The position numbers and the translations under genes were made by a program. DNA of 64,000 bases from contig CM059432.1 of assembly GCA_030390025.1 (NCBI GenBank), positions 116,686,001 to 116,750,000 on the forward strand. The letters run 5' to 3'. The stretch comes from Squalus acanthias (lineage: Eukaryota). Below are positions 38,421 through 52,045 of this stretch, one piece after another. How positions within the stretch are numbered: position 1 is the first letter of the stretch; each line of letters starts with the position of its first letter. Under the pieces are notes generated by a model. It was not told the origin of the DNA and did not search any database. It saw nothing but the letters and a program-made list of their open reading frames with translations.

Positions 38421-40530
38421 ATATCTTAAAGGAGAAGAAAGAAGTGCAGAGATGGAAACGTTTAGGGAAGGAATTCCAGAGCTGAAGGCCCAGACGGCTG
38501 AAGAATGGCCACCAATGGTGAGGCAAAGAGAGTGGAGATACACAAGAGGCCAGAGTTGGAGTTCTTAGAGGATTGTAGGGCTGTAGAAGGCTACAGAGAT
38601 CGGGTGCACCAAAGGGAAGGGATTTAAACACAAGGATGAGAATTCTAAATTTGAGGCGCTGGGGGATCGGGTGCCAAGCAGAGGGGTGATGGGTGAGCGG
38701 AATGTGCTGTCAGAAAGGAGATGAGCAGCAGAGTTTTGGATGGGATTAAGTTTATGGAGGCTGTAAGATGAGTAGCTGGCAAGGTGAACATTGGAATAGT
38801 TGAGTCTGGAGGTAACAACGACATGGCTAAGGGTTTCAGTAGCATATGGATTGAGGCAAAGGCAGTGATGGCCGATGTTATCAAGGTGGAAGTAGGTGGT
38901 CTTTGTGATGGAGAGGATATGGGGGTCAGAAGCTCAGCTCTGGGTCAAATAGAATGCCGAGGTTGCAAACTGTTTCGTTCAACCTGAGACAGTGGCCAGG
39001 GTAAAATTGGTGACAAACATACTTTGTGGCTTTGATCTTCTCAATTTTTAACTCGAGGAAATTGCAGCTCATCTAGGACTAGTTGTCAGATAAGCAGTCT
39101 GCAACACAGAGGCAGTGGAATGGTGGAGAGAGCTGGTGGAGAGGTAGAGCTGGGTGTTTTCAGCATGCATGTGGAACCTGACATCATGTCTTCAGATAAT
39201 CTTGCCATGGGGCAGAGTGTAGATCAGGACGAGGAGGCACCCAACATTGGGGGACTCTAGACGTAATGGTGCATGTTCATTAAGAGAAGCTATTGTTGGA
39301 GAATCTCTGGCTATGATTGGATAGGTAAGAGTGGAAACAAGTTAGGGCATTCCTACTGCGATGGTCAATGAGGAGAGGCATTGGAGGAGGATGGTGTGGT
39401 CGACCGTGTCAAAGGCTGCAGAGAGGTCGAGTAGTACTATGGTTAGTCATAGAGGATATTATTTGTGACTTTGATTGGAGCTGTTTCTGTGCTGTGGCAG
39501 GGACAGAAACTTCTTTGGAGAGGTTCAAACATGGAGTTGTGGGAAGGATGAGCATTTATTTTGGAGGCAACAACACGTTCACGGACTTTGGAGGGGAAAG
39601 GGAGGTTGGAGATGGAACGGTAGTTTGCAAAGACCAAGCTGAGGGTCGTTTTTTTTGAGGAAAGGGGTGATGACCATTTTTAAAGGGATGGGGATAGTAC
39701 AGTGTCAGCTAGCCTGGGCACCAGGAAGGGAAGTTGGGTGGTCAGAAGTTTAGTGAGAATGGGGTCAAGGCAATAAGAGATGGGTCACATGGACAAGATG
39801 AGCTCAGTGAGGGCATGAGGAGAGATAGGAGAGAAACTATATAAAGATGTGGGTTCAGGACTAGAGCAGGGGTTACTTTGGGGGAAGGTTGGCTTGGTGG
39901 ACAAGGGGAAGTCCAGGAGCGCCAAGCACTCCTTATTGGAAGTGTGGGTGGAGGGGGTAGGAGAAAGGGGTTTAACAAAATGGTTGTTAGTGGAGAAAAG
40001 AAGATGGGCATTATCTTTGCTTTCCAGGATGATCCTTGAGTGGTGAATGGTTTTGGCAGAGGAGAGCAAGGCCCAATATTGTATGATAAATAGCTAAACC
40101 AGTTGAGTGCCAGATGCTCTCAAGACTGTACCCCTTGGACTTGATGTAGCAAATATGGGATTGATATCAGGGGGAACGACCAGAGTGGGAGATAGTATTG
40201 GGGACTAGGGCATCAGAGGTGGAGGTGAGGGAATGGTTAGGCAGATCGACAGCTACAGCAGTATTGTGGAGAATGGAAGGCCCAAGACTAGGGAGTTGGC
40301 AGCTTGAAAGTGCAGTTGCAAGTGACTTGTGGGAGAGTTTATACAACAACAACAACAACTTGCATTTATATAGCACCTTAAATGCAGTAAAACGTCCCCA
40401 GACGCATCACAGGAGCGTTGTCAAACAAAATTTGACACGAGTCACATAAGGAGATATTACGGCAGATGAGGTAGGTTTTAAGGAGCGCCTTAAAGGAGAA
40501 AAGAGAGGAAGAGAGGCAGAGAGGTTTAGC
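38420..40530 (-). mobile_element. Degenerate L2-like LINE fragments
   Basis: NYRSISNLPFPSKV...HSTETAPIKVTNNIL RT motifs; second tail (CAA)nCTTGCATTTATA at ~40345. Confidence 0.8.
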
Positions 40531-40772
40531 AGACAGTGATGACTTTGGAGACTTAGGCTGAACACACAGTGGTTCAAACAATGGAATTGTTGCTTCAACA
40601 TCCCTATGACTTGCCCCAAAGAAACTCAGGTTGTTCCCAGAGTATCTGTGTTGCTCAGCAGAGGTTTTTAATTGTTCTCATGAATCATGGCTGCAAAGGA
40701 TTGTCTTGGTTTCATAAGAATATAACAACATAAGAAATAGGAGCAGGAGAAGGCCATTTGGCCCCTCGAGCC

Positions 40773-42535
40773 GGCTTCTTGAACCACTGCAGTCCGTGTG
40801 GTGAAGGTACTCCCACAGTGCTGTTAGGGAGGGAGTTCCAGGATTTTGACCCAGTGATGATGAAGGATCAGCGATGTACTTCTAAGTCAGGATGGTGTGT
40901 GACTTGGAGGTGGTGGTGTTCCCATGTGCCTGCTGCCCTTGTCATTCTAGGTGGATGTGGCCGCGGTTTTGAGAGGTGCTGCCGAAGAAGCCTTGGCGAG
41001 TTGCTGCAGCGCATCTTGTAGATGGTACACACTGCAGCCACGGTACGCCGGTGGTGGAGGGAGTGAATGTTTAAGGTGGTGGATGGGGTGCCAATCAAGT
41101 AGGCTGCTTTGTCCTGGATGGTGTTGAGCTTCTTGAGTGTTGTTGGACTGCACTCATCCAGGCAAGTGGAGAGTATTCCATCACACTCTTACTTGTGCCT
41201 TGTATATGGTGGAAAGGCACTGGGGAGTCAGGAGGTGAGACACTCGCTGCAGAATACCTAGCCTCTGACCTGCTCTTGTCACCACAGTATTTATGTGGCT
41301 GGTCCAGTTAAGTTTCTGGTCAATGGTGACCCCCAGGATGTTGATGGTGGGGGATTTGGCGATGGTAATGCTGTTGAATGTCAAGGGGAGGTGGTTAGAC
41401 TCTCGCTTGTTGGAGATAGTCATTGCCTGGCATTTCTGTGGCACGAATGTTACCTGCCACTTATCAGCCCAAGCCTGAATGTCGTCCACGTCTTGTTGCA
41501 TGCGGGCATGGACTGCTTCATTATCTGAGGAGTTGTGAATGGCACTGAGCAGTCATTAGCGAACATCCCTATTTCTGACCTTATGTTGGAGGGAAGGTCA
41601 TTGATGAAGCAGCTGAAGATGGTTGGGCCTAGGACACTGCCCTGAGGAACTCCTTCAACGATGTCCTGTGGCTGTGATGATTGACCTCCAACCACCTTCC
41701 TTTGTGCTAGGTATGACTCCAGCCAGTGGAGCGTTTTCCCCCTGATTCCCATTTTACTAGGGCTCCTTGATGCCACACTCGGTCAAATGCTGCTTTGATG
41801 TCAAGGGCAGTCACTCTCACCTCCCCTCTGGAATTCAGCTCCTTTGTCCATGTTTGGACCAAGGCTGTAATAAGGTCGGGAGACGAGTGGTCTTGGCGGA
41901 ACCCAAACTGAACAGGTTATTGGTGAGTAAGTGCCACTTGATAGCACTGTCGATGACACCTTCCATCACTTTGCTGATGATTGAGAGTAGACTGATGGGG
42001 CGGTAATTGGCCAGATTGGATTTGTCCTGCTTTTTGTGGACAGGACACACCTGGTCAGTTTTCCCACATTGTCAGATCGCTGCCAGTGTTGTAGCTGTAC
42101 TGGAACAGCTTGGCTAGAGGCGCGGCTAGTTCTGGAGCACAAGTCTTCAGCACGATAGCTGGGATGTTGTCAGGGCCCATAGTCTTTGCTGTATCCAGTG
42201 CGCTCAGCCATTTCTTGATATCACGTGGAGTGAATCGAATTAGCTGAAGACTGGCTTCTGTAATGGTGGGGACCGCAGGAGGAGGCCGATATGGATCATC
42301 CACTTGGCACTTCTAGCGAAGATGGTTCCAAACGCTTCAGCCTTGTCTTTTGCACTCACGTGCTGGGCTCCACCATCATTGAGGATGGGAATATTCATGG
42401 AGCCTTCTCCTCCCATTAGTTGTTTAATGGTCCACCACCATTCACGACTGGATGTGGCAGGACTGCAGAGCTTTGATCTGATCCGTTGATTTTGGGATCG
42501 CTTAGCCCTGTCTATAGCATACTGCTTCCGTTTGT
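40773..42535 (-). mobile_element. LINE family B, degenerate RT
   Basis: GPDNIPAIVLKTCAPELAAPL, NYRPISLLSIISKVME, GVPQGSVLGPTIF; reverse complement of 62110-63900. Confidence 0.92.
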
Positions 42536-42797
42536 TACAACTGAGTTCCTTGCTAAGCCATTTCAGAGGGCAGTTAAGAGTCAACCACATTGCTGTGGGT
42601 CTGGGGTCACATATAGGCCAGACTAGGTAAGGATGGTAGATTTCCTTTCCCAAAGGACATTAGTGAACCAGATGGGTTTTTACAACAATCCGATAGTTTC
42701 ATGGTTACCATTACTGATTTATTCCAAATTTATTTAATTAACTGAATTTAAATTCCCCAGCTGCCGTGGTGGCATTTGAACTCACGTCTCTGGATCC
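42536..42797 (-). mobile_element. tRNA-derived SINE (family S2)
   Basis: Matches 34030-34290. Confidence 0.75.
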
Positions 42798-43120
42798 GCT
42801 GGGACCTCTCCAGAATACAGGGAATTTTGGTAGATTACAACCAACGCATCCACTACCTTTGCAGCCACTTCTTTTAAGACCCTAGGATGCAGGCCATCAG
42901 GTCCAGGGGACTTGTCAGCCTTTAGTACCATTAGTTTGCCCAGTACCTTTTCTCTAGTGATAGTGATTGTTTTAAGTTTCTCCTTCCCTATAGCCCCTTG
43001 ATTGTCAATTATTATTGGGATGCTTTTAGTGTCTTCTACCGTGAAGACCGATACAAAATATTTGTTCAAAGTCTCTGCCATTTCCCTGTTTCCCATTATT
43101 AATTCCTCAGTCTCATCCTC
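42798..43120 (-). mobile_element. CR1 internal ORF2 fragment
   Basis: EMAETLNKYFVSVFT...KSPGPDGLHPRVLKE. Confidence 0.88.
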
Positions 43121-43398
43121 AAAAGGGAGTTCCCAGGGGAGTTCATTTTCTGGGGCCTATTAAAAATGCAGACACCATGGGCTGCTGCAGAATTAAAGCA
43201 TTACAATTGTTCCCCAAATAATGGACAATGTTTTTGCAGGATGATGGGTACAAACATTCAAAATAGTTTTCTAGATCTGTATGTTGAGGAAACAACTAGG
43301 GAACAGGCTATTTCAGATCTAGTATTGTGCAACGAGACACGGTTAATTAATAACCTTGTAGAAAAAGAGCCTTTGGGGAGCAGTGATCATAATATGAT

Positions 43399-43790
43399 CA
43401 GCGGCGGCAGTGGGCCTATAAAAGGCTCCAGAGACCAGGTAAGGCCTCAGAGCGTCGGCGGGAGTTTCAGCGGCGGCAGTGGGCCTATAAAAGGCTCCAG
43501 AGACCAGGTAAGGCCTCAGAGCGTCGGCGGGAGTTTCAGCGGCGGCAGTGGGCCTATAAAAGGCTCCAGAGACCAGGTAAGGCCTCAGAGCGTCGGCGGG
43601 AGTTTCAGCGGCGGCAGTGGGCCTAAAAAAGGCTCCAGAGACCAGGTAAGGCCTCAGAGCGTCGGCGGGAGTTTCAGCGGCGGCAGTGGGCCTAAAAAAG
43701 GCTCCAGAGACCAGGTAAGGCCTCAGAGCGTCGGCGGGAGTTTCAGCGGCAGCAGTGGGCCTATAAAAGGCTCCAGAGACCAGGTAAGGC
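43399..43790 (+). repeat. 69-bp tandem monomers (~5.7 copies) in the CR1 5' UTR
   Basis: Units start at 43399, 43468, 43537, 43606, 43675, 43744; each has CCTATAAAAGG (CCTAAAAAAGG in two) and CAGGTAAGG. Confidence 0.95.
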
Positions 43791-44018
43791 GTACCAGTCT
43801 CCGAACTCGGAGGGAAAAATAATCGAAGTGTGACGTCACCAAAAAACAGGTAAGTGATTGGTTGGTGAGTATTTCTCTCTTTTTAAGCTTAAATTCTGTG
43901 GTGTTAAATTTCTAGGGTCTCTGTGGTGTAGTGGGGACAGTTGGTAAATAAAGCGCCCTAGAGTATATCTGTAACTGGGGTATTGAATACATTTTTAATT
44001 TAATTAAGGGAGTAGGTC

Positions 44019-44968
44019 ATGACAGGTGAGATCAGCCCCGTGTTATGCTCCTCTTGCTCCATGTGGGAATTCAGGGATGCTGCCAGTGTCCCTGGGGACC
44101 ACGTGTGCGAGAAATGCATCCAGCTGCAGCTACTTGTAGACCGCATTGCGGCGCTCGAGCTGCGGGTGGATGAGTTTTGGAGCATACGCGATGCTGAGAG
44201 GGTCGTGGATAGCACGTTTAACGAGTTGGTCACGTCGCAGGGTAGGGCTGCACAGACAGAAGGGAAATGGGTGACCATCAGGCGGAGCAGCAGAGGCAGG
44301 CAGGGAGTACAGGGAACCCCTGCGGTCATCCCCCTTTCAAACTGGTATACTGATTTGGATACTGTTGAGGGGGATGACTCACCAGGGGAGAGCGGCAGCA
44401 GCCAACTTCCTGGCACCGGGGTTGCTTCTGCTGCTCAGAAAGGGAGGAAAAAGAGTGGGAGAGCAATAGTGTAGGGGATTCTATCGTAAGGGGAACAGAT
44501 AGGCATTTCTGTGGCCGTAAAAGTGACTCCAGGATGGTTTGTTGCCTCCCTGGGGCCAGGGTCATGGATGTCACTGAGCGGCTACAGGGCATTCTTAAGG
44601 GGGAGGGGGAGCAGGCAGAGGTCGTGGTTCACATTGGGACCAACGACATAGGTAGGAAGGGGGATGAGGTCCTGCATCAAGAATTTAGGGAGCTAGGCAG
44701 CAGATTAAAGAGCAGGACCTCAAAGGTTGTAATTTCTGGATTACTCCCAGTGCCACGTGCTAGTGAGTATAGGAATAGGAGGATAGAACAGATGAATGCG
44801 TGGCTAAATAGTTGGTGCAGGAGGGAGGGTTTTAGTTTCCTGGATCACTGGGCCTGCTTCTGGGGAAGGTGGGACTTGTACAAGTCGGATGGTTTGCACC
44901 TGAACCAGAGCGGGACAAATATCCTTGCGGGGAGGTTTGCTAGCACTGTTGGGGGGGGTTTAAACTAA
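44019..44968 (+). pseudogene. CR1 ORF1 (zinc finger/leucine zipper plus SGNH esterase), one frameshift near 44470
   Basis: CSSC..CEKC, heptad leucines, then VGDSIVRG, HIGTND, DGLHL in a shifted frame. Confidence 0.9.
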
Positions 44969-45088
44969 CTTGGCAGGGGGGTGGGATTCAGAGTGGAGCT
45001 ACAATAGGGGGTGATGTACAGTCAAATATAGAGAAAAAAAACAAGTCAGCTTGGAAGACAGGGCAAACATGTAAGAGCAAGGCTGGAA

Positions 45089-47887
45089 GGCATCTATTTT
45101 AATGCAAGGAGTCTAGCGAATAAGGTGGATGAACTGAAGGTGTTGATAAACACATGGGAGTATGATATTGTTGCTATCACGGAGACATGGTTGAGGGAGG
45201 GGCAAGACTGGCAGCTCAATATTCTGGGGTACAGAATCTTCAGGCGAGACAGAGGGGGAGGTATAAGAGGAGGGGGTGTCGCAATATTAATTAAGGAATC
45301 AATTACTGCCATAAGGAGGGATGATATATTAGCAGGTTCCTCCAATGAGGCTATATGGGTGGAGCTTAAAAACAAAAAGGGGCAAGCACTTTGCTGGGAG
45401 CGTACTATAGGCCCCCAAACAGTCAGGGGGAGATAGAGGAACAGATATGTAGGCAAATCTCAGAGAAATGTGCATATAATAGGGTAATAATAATGGGGGA
45501 TTTCAACTTCCCCAATATTAACTGGGATAGTCAGAGTGTGAAAGGCTTAGAGGGTTCAAAATTCTTAAAGTGCATCCAGGAGAGCTTTTTGAGCCAGCAT
45601 GTAGAAAGTCCTACAAGAGAGGGGGCGGTACTGGACCTAATTCTAGGGAATGTGGCCGGCCAAGTGGAAGAAGTGCTAGTAGGTGAGCACTTTGGTGACA
45701 GTGACCATAATACGATGAGATTTAAGGTGGTTATGGAAAAGGACAGGGATGGGCCGGAAATAAAGGTTCTAAATTGGGGGAAGGCCAATTTTAATAGGAT
45801 AAGGCAGGATCTGGCCAAAAGGGACTGGGATCAGCTGCTTGTAGGAAAATCCGCATCGGAGCAATGGGATTCTTTCAGAAGGGAGATTGAGATCATACAA
45901 TGGCAGCATGTTCCCGTAAAGGTCAAGGGTGGTTCCAAAAACCGCAGGGAACCTTGGATGTCAGGGGATATATGAGAATGGATCAGGAAAAAAAGGAGGG
46001 CTTTTGGCAGATACAAAATGCTAAAGACGGAGGAAGCACTAGAGGAGTACAAAAAGTGCAGGGGGATACTTAAAAAAGAAATTAGGAGATCAAAGAGGGG
46101 CCATGAAATAACACTGGCGAGCAAAATAAAGGAAAATCCTAAGATGTTTTATAAGTATATTAAGGGTAAGAGGATAACTAGGGAAAAAATAGGGCCCATT
46201 AGGGACAAAAGTGGCAATCTGTGTGTGGAGCCGGAAGATGTAGGTGGGGTTCTAAATGAATTTTTTGCATCTGTTTTCACTATGGAGAAGGACGATGCAG
46301 ACATAAAATTAGGGCAGGGGGACTGTGATATACTCGAACATTTTAACATCGAGAGGGAGGAGGTATTGACGGTTTTAGCAGGTCTGAAAATGGATAAATC
46401 CCCAGGTCCGGACGAAATGTATCCCAGGCTGCTGTGTGAGGCAAAGGAGGAGATTGCGGGGGCTCTAACACATATATTCAGAACCTCTCTGGCCACAGGG
46501 GATGTGCCAGAGGACTGGAGAACCGCTAATGTAGTACCATTATTCAAGATAGGGAGTAGAGAAAAACCGGGGAACTACAGGCCAGTGAGCCTAACATCAG
46601 TGGTAGGAAAATTATTGGAAAAAATTCTGAGGGACAAAATCAGTCTCCACTTGGAGAGGCAAGGATTAATCAGGGTTAGCCAACATGGCTTTGTCAAGGG
46701 AAGATCATGTCTGACTAATTTGATTGAATTTTTTGAGGGGGTGACTAGGTGTGTGGATGAGGGTAACGCAGTGGATGTGGTATACATGGATTTCAGTAAG
46801 GCCTTCGATAAAGTCCCGCACAGGAGACTGGTCAAGAAGGTAAGAGCCCATGGAATCCAGGGTGCCTTGGCACATTGGATACAAAACTGGCTCAGTGGCA
46901 GAAGGCAGAGGGTGATGGTCGAAGGTTGTTTTTGTGACTGGAAGCCTGTGGCCAGTGGGGTACCACAGGGATCGGTGCTGGGTCCCTTGCTGTTTGTGGT
47001 CTACATTAACGACTTGGATATGAATGTAAAAGGTATGATCAGTAAGTTCGCGGATGATACAAAAATTGGTAGGGTGGTAAATAGCGAGGAGGGTAGCCTC
47101 AGTCTGCAGGACGATATAGATGGGTTGGTCAGATGGGCGGAACAGTGGCAAATGGAATTTAATCCGGAAAAGTGCGAGGTGATGCACTTTGGAGGGACTA
47201 ACAAGGCAAGGGAATATACAATGAATGGTAAGACCCTAGGCAAGACGGAGGGTCAGAGGGATCTTGGTGTGCAAGTACACAGATCCCTGAAGGCGGCGGA
47301 ACAGGTGGATAAGGTGGTAAAAAAGGCATATGGGATACTTGCATTCATTAGCCGAGGCATAGAATATAAGAGCAAGGAGGTTATGATGGAGCTGTATAAA
47401 ACACTGGTTAGGCCACATCTGCAATACTGTGTGCAGTTCTGGTCGCCACACTACAGGAAGGATGTGATCGCTTTGGAGAGGGTGCAGAGGAGATTCACCA
47501 GAATGTTACCCGGGCTGGAGTGCTTCAGCTATGAAGAGAGACTGGGCAGATTGGGTTTGTTTTCCTTGGAGCAGAGGAGGCTGAGGGGGGACATGATTGA
47601 GGTGTACAAAATTATGAGGGGCATAGATAGGATGGATACTAAGGAGCTTTTTCCCTTAGTAGAGGGGTCTATAACAAGGGGGCATAGATTCAAGGTAAAG
47701 GGGCAGGAGGTTTAGAAGGGATTTGAGAAAAAACTTTTTCACCCAGAGGGTGGTTGGAGTCTGGAACTCACTGCCTGAAAGGGTTGTGGAGGCAGGAACC
47801 CTCACAACATTCAAGAAGCATTTGGAAGAGCACTTGAAATGCCATAGCATACAAGGCTATGGACCAAATGCTGGAATATGGGATTAG
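45089..47887 (+). pseudogene. CR1 ORF2 (APE endonuclease plus reverse transcriptase), disrupted
   Basis: NARS, ITETW, YRPP, GDFN, SDH, QGSVLGP, FADD; frameshifts near 45390 and 47700, TGA at 45973-45975. Confidence 0.93.
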
Positions 47888-49570
47888 ATTAGACAGGGCT
47901 TGATGGCCGGCGCGGACACGACGGGCCGAAGGGCCTCTATCCGTGCTGTATAACTCTATGACTCTATGACTCTATGAATTCTATGTTGAGTTTGAGAGTG
48001 ATTTAGTTAAGTCTGAAACTAGGGTCTTAAATCTGAACAAAGCAAACTACGTAGCTATGAGAGGTATGTTGGCTAAGGTAGGTTGGGAAACTAGATTTAA
48101 AGATATGACAGTAGATAAGCAATGGCAAACATTTCACGGGAAAAATGCTCCAACCATGGCTAACTGGAGAAGTTAAAGATAGTATTACATTAAAGGAAAA
48201 GGCTTATAATGTTGCCAAAATGAGTAGTAAGCCTGTGGCTTGGGAGGATTTTAGAATTCAGCAAAGGAGGACCAAGAAATTGATAGAGAGAGAAAATAGA
48301 ATGAGAGTAAACTAGCAAGAGATATAGAGCAGATTGTAAAAGCATCTATAGATATGCAAAAAGGAAGAGATTAGCAAAAGTTAACATGGGTCCCTGACAG
48401 GCAGACACAGGAGAAATTATAATGGGGAATAAAGAAATGGCAGAGACATTAAACAAATACTTTGTGTCTGTCTTCAAGGAAGAAAACACAAAAAACTTTC
48501 TGGAAATAGTGGGGAACCAAGGGTCTAGTGAGAATGAGGAACTTAAAGAAATTAGTATTAGTAAAGAAATAGTACTGGAGTAATTAATGGGACTAAAAGC
48601 CAACAAATCCCCTGCACCTAGGGTTCTAAAAGAGGTGGCTGCAGAGATAGTGGGTGCATTGGTTTTGATCTTCCAGAATTCCCTAGATTCTGGAACAGTC
48701 CCCTGTGGATTGGAAGGTAGCAAATGTAACACCGCTATTCAAAAAAGGAGGGAGAGAAAACAGGGAACTATAGACCAGTTAGCCTGACATCAGTAGTAGG
48801 GAAAATGCTAGAATCTATTATCAGGGACGTGGTAACAGGGCACTTAGAAAATCACAATATGATTGGGCAGAGTCAAGATGGATTTATGAAAGGGAAATCT
48901 TCTTTGACAAATCTAATAGAGTTTTTTGAGAATGTAACTAGCAGGGTAGATAAGGGGGAACCAGTGGATGTAGTGTATTTGGATTTTCAGAAAGTATTTG
49001 ATAAGGTACCACACAAGAGGTTATTATACAAAATTAGGGCTCATTGGATTGGGGGTAATATATTAGCATGGATTGAGGATTGGTTAATGGACAGAAAACA
49101 GAAAGTAGGAATAGACGGGCCATTTTCGGGTTGGCAGGCTGTAACTAGTGGGCTACCGCAAGGATCAGTGCTTGGGCCTCAGCAATTTACAATCTATATG
49201 AATGACTTAGATGAGGAGACTGAGTGTAATGTATCCAAGTTTGCTGATGATACAAAGCTAGGTGGGAAAGTAAGTTGTGAGTTGGATGCAAAGACGCTGC
49301 AAAGGGATACAGACAGGTTAAGTGAGTGGGCAAGAACATGACGGATGGAATATAACATGGAGAAATGCGAAGTTATCCACTTTGATAGGATAAATAGAAA
49401 ACCAGAATATTTTTTAAATGGTGAGAGATTGGGAAATGTTGGTATTCAGAGGGACCTGGGTGTCATTGTACACGAATCACTGAAAGTTAACATGCGGGTA
49501 CAGCAAGCAATTAGGAAAGCAAATGGTATGTTAGCCTTTATTACAAAAGAATTGGAGTATAAGAGTAAAT

Positions 49571-50445
49571 GGGGGAAAATTCGGTTGATTAGTGCCTCCA
49601 GTTAGCGCCCTAAGAGGGCGCTAAGGGGGCGCAAAGCAACTAGCACCCGAGCGCGGCGATGTTTGCGCCACTCGCGAAATTGACCAGACTTTTGCGGCGG
49701 CGTTAAACGCTACTGCCACGATCTCCTGCGCCTGCAGATCGTGATGTCAGTTGAGCGTGCAACGCTCCGGTAGTGCCCTGGACCGGATATTGAGTGGCGC
49801 CCCCTGCCTTTACACCTGCCGCTAGCAACGACAGGTGGAGGGGAACGTTTTGCAGTTGGGAAGGGACTGGGGGAGCGCTATTTAAAGGCGGCCGCTTCCT
49901 GTCTTTTTTTTGTCGGCGACATTTTTGCACCACACATTCTGAGAGAGAGACTTCTGGAGAGATTCAACGCCATTTGAAGGAGTTTTGGGTACTGAGCAGC
50001 ACTTTGCAGGTTCATTTTGATTTGACCTTCCTTGCATTTGACTATGGGGGCTGCACTCTGAGCTCTTTCCCTGGGTCTCTCCATTGTTCTTTCCAGCAGA
50101 ATTGATGTACAGGTCTCTCCAGGCCGAGATTCAAGGCTGCAATGAGCAGGGTGTGGCTGGAGAGCAAGATTGACCCTCCCCTTTAAGAACTGGCCGGCGC
50201 CAGTGTGTCTGTGTTCCATTGCTAACTGACATCACATGAGCTTCGCCAGCGCTCTGAGTTAGCGCCTCGCTCCTTGGCATTAGCGCCTTAAGAGAGGTGT
50301 GTAGCACCTGATTTAGCGCTCAAAACACCTCCAGGGGCGATAGAGGCCAAGTTTGCAGTCGGAGGCAATAATTAGCACCAGGCGCTAAACTTTGTGCCCG
50401 GCCGATAATTTTGCCCCAAACGGGGCGATACCAAATTTCTCCTCC
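49571..50445. mobile_element. PIF/Harbinger-like MITE inserted in CR1
   Basis: Imperfect TIR GGGGGAAAATTCGGT/ACCAAATTTCTCCTCC; AAT on both flanks; subterminal TTAGCGCC repeats; CR1 sequence resumes afterwards. Confidence 0.82.
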
Positions 50446-51289
50446 AATAAGTCTTACTGCAATTATATAGGGCCTTGGCAGGACCATATCTGGAGTACTA
50501 TGTACAGTTTTGATCTCCTTACCTAAGGAAGGATATACTTGCCGTGGAGGGAGCGCAACGAAGGTTCACCAGACTGATTCTTGGGGTGGGTGGACAGTTC
50601 TATGAGAAGAGATTGAGGAGACTAGGCCTATATTCCCTAGAATTTAGAAGAATGAGAGGTGATTTCAATGAAACGTATAAAATTCTTAAAGGGCTTGACA
50701 GAGTAAATGCTGGGAGGTTGTTTCCGTTGGCTGGGGAATCTAGAACTAAGGGTCACAGTTTCAGAGGAAGGGGTCGGCCATTTAGGACTGAGATGAGGAG
50801 AAATTTCTTCACTCAAATGTTTGTGAATCTTTGGAATTCTCTTCTCCAGAGGACTGTGGATGTTCAGTCGTTGAGTATATTCAAGACAGAGATCGATAGA
50901 TTTTTGGACTCTTAGGGAGTCAAGGGATATGGGGATAGTGGGGGAAGGTGGAGTTGAGGTAGAAGATCAGCCATGATCTTATTGAATGGCGGAGCAGGCT
51001 CGAGGGGCCGAATGGCCTACTCCTGATCCTATTTCTTATGTTCTTATGTAACATTCTATTGTGGTGTCATGGACCTGAAGTCTCCTGATGAATTGGTTCT
51101 CCTAAGCCATGTCATGCAACATATGGGAACAGCCAATGGGATTCCCAACCTGCCAACTTGGCTAGCTGTAACTTATAATTCTGAAGTAACTGCCAATACT
51201 TCATAAAAACCTTGCTTAGCAAACTGAAAGCTTAGGAATAATGCATAACTACACAGGAAGAATAAGTATGCTAGATGCTAGGGGTACGG

Positions 51290-51550
51290 TAGCAGAAGCC
51301 TGGAATAATGATCCAGAGACGTGAGTTCAAATCCCACCACAGCAGCTAGGGAATTTAAATTCGGTTAATTAAATCTGGAATTAAAAAAAAAGCTACTAGA
51401 AACTACCGGATTGTTGTAAAAACCCATCTGGTTCACTAATGTCCTTTAGGGAAGGAAATCTGCCGTCCTTACCTGGTCTATCCTATATGTGACTCCAGAC
51501 CCACAGCAATGTGGTTGACTCTTAACTGCCCTCTGAAATGGCCTAGCAAG
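51290..51550 (+). mobile_element. tRNA-derived SINE (family S2)
   Basis: GAGTTCAAATCCCACC B-box; reverse complement of 42536-42797. Confidence 0.75.
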
Positions 51551-52045
51551 GTGTATTCAAGAATATAAATATTTTTTAAAAAAAGAAGTAGATAAATGCT
51601 CATTGCCACAAAAAAAACTACACTTCAACACTAACTGATACACCAGCTACCTTGCTTTGAGAAATAGTCCAAAGCAGGCCAGGGCCATTGCATTGTAATG
51701 TGCCCATTTTATGTGGGTGGTGTACACACTGAGAGCAAAGCATTGCTCGAAGTTGTAAAATTCAGCATGGGCCCTTATTTCAAAAACACAGATGTGGGTT
51801 TAGTTTGTCTCCTGTGCTGCCTCCTTTCTCCCTCCAAGGTTGCACCCCGGCAGAATCTCGTAAAATCATATCTTTTTGTTATATTTTCACTACCTGCTGG
51901 TTTATCTTCTTAAATATTATTTCCTTTTCAGTTAACTGATGTTTATCTTTTTTGCTGTTTTACGCTTACAATTTCCGTTCTAAAGAAGAACAGTGAGCGA
52001 CAGATGCAATAGTAAGTCTAACGGGGTTACTTTTCTCTTTTGACA

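Larger units (their letters stand above)
43399..47975 (+). mobile_element. Near full-length CR1 LINE (5' UTR, ORF1, ORF2, 3' microsatellite)
   Basis: 5' monomer array, ORF1 and ORF2 motifs in order, 3' (ACTCTATG)3 at 47953-47976. Confidence 0.95.
43250..51047 (+). mobile_element. Older CR1 LINE in three pieces (43250-43398, 47976-49570, 50446-51047)
   Basis: Endonuclease SDH motif at ~43382 resumes after 47975; RT SKFADD at ~49235; tail TTCTTATGTTCTTATG. Confidence 0.85.

Noticed and set aside
43399..43790. Possible CRISPR-like array, or a repeat protein (ORF 43166-43822)
   Set aside because: Head-to-tail units with no unique spacers, in vertebrate DNA; the ORF stays open only because 69 is a multiple of 3.
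46018..47715. 565-aa ORF as a host or domesticated gene
   Set aside because: It is the RT part of a disrupted CR1 ORF2.
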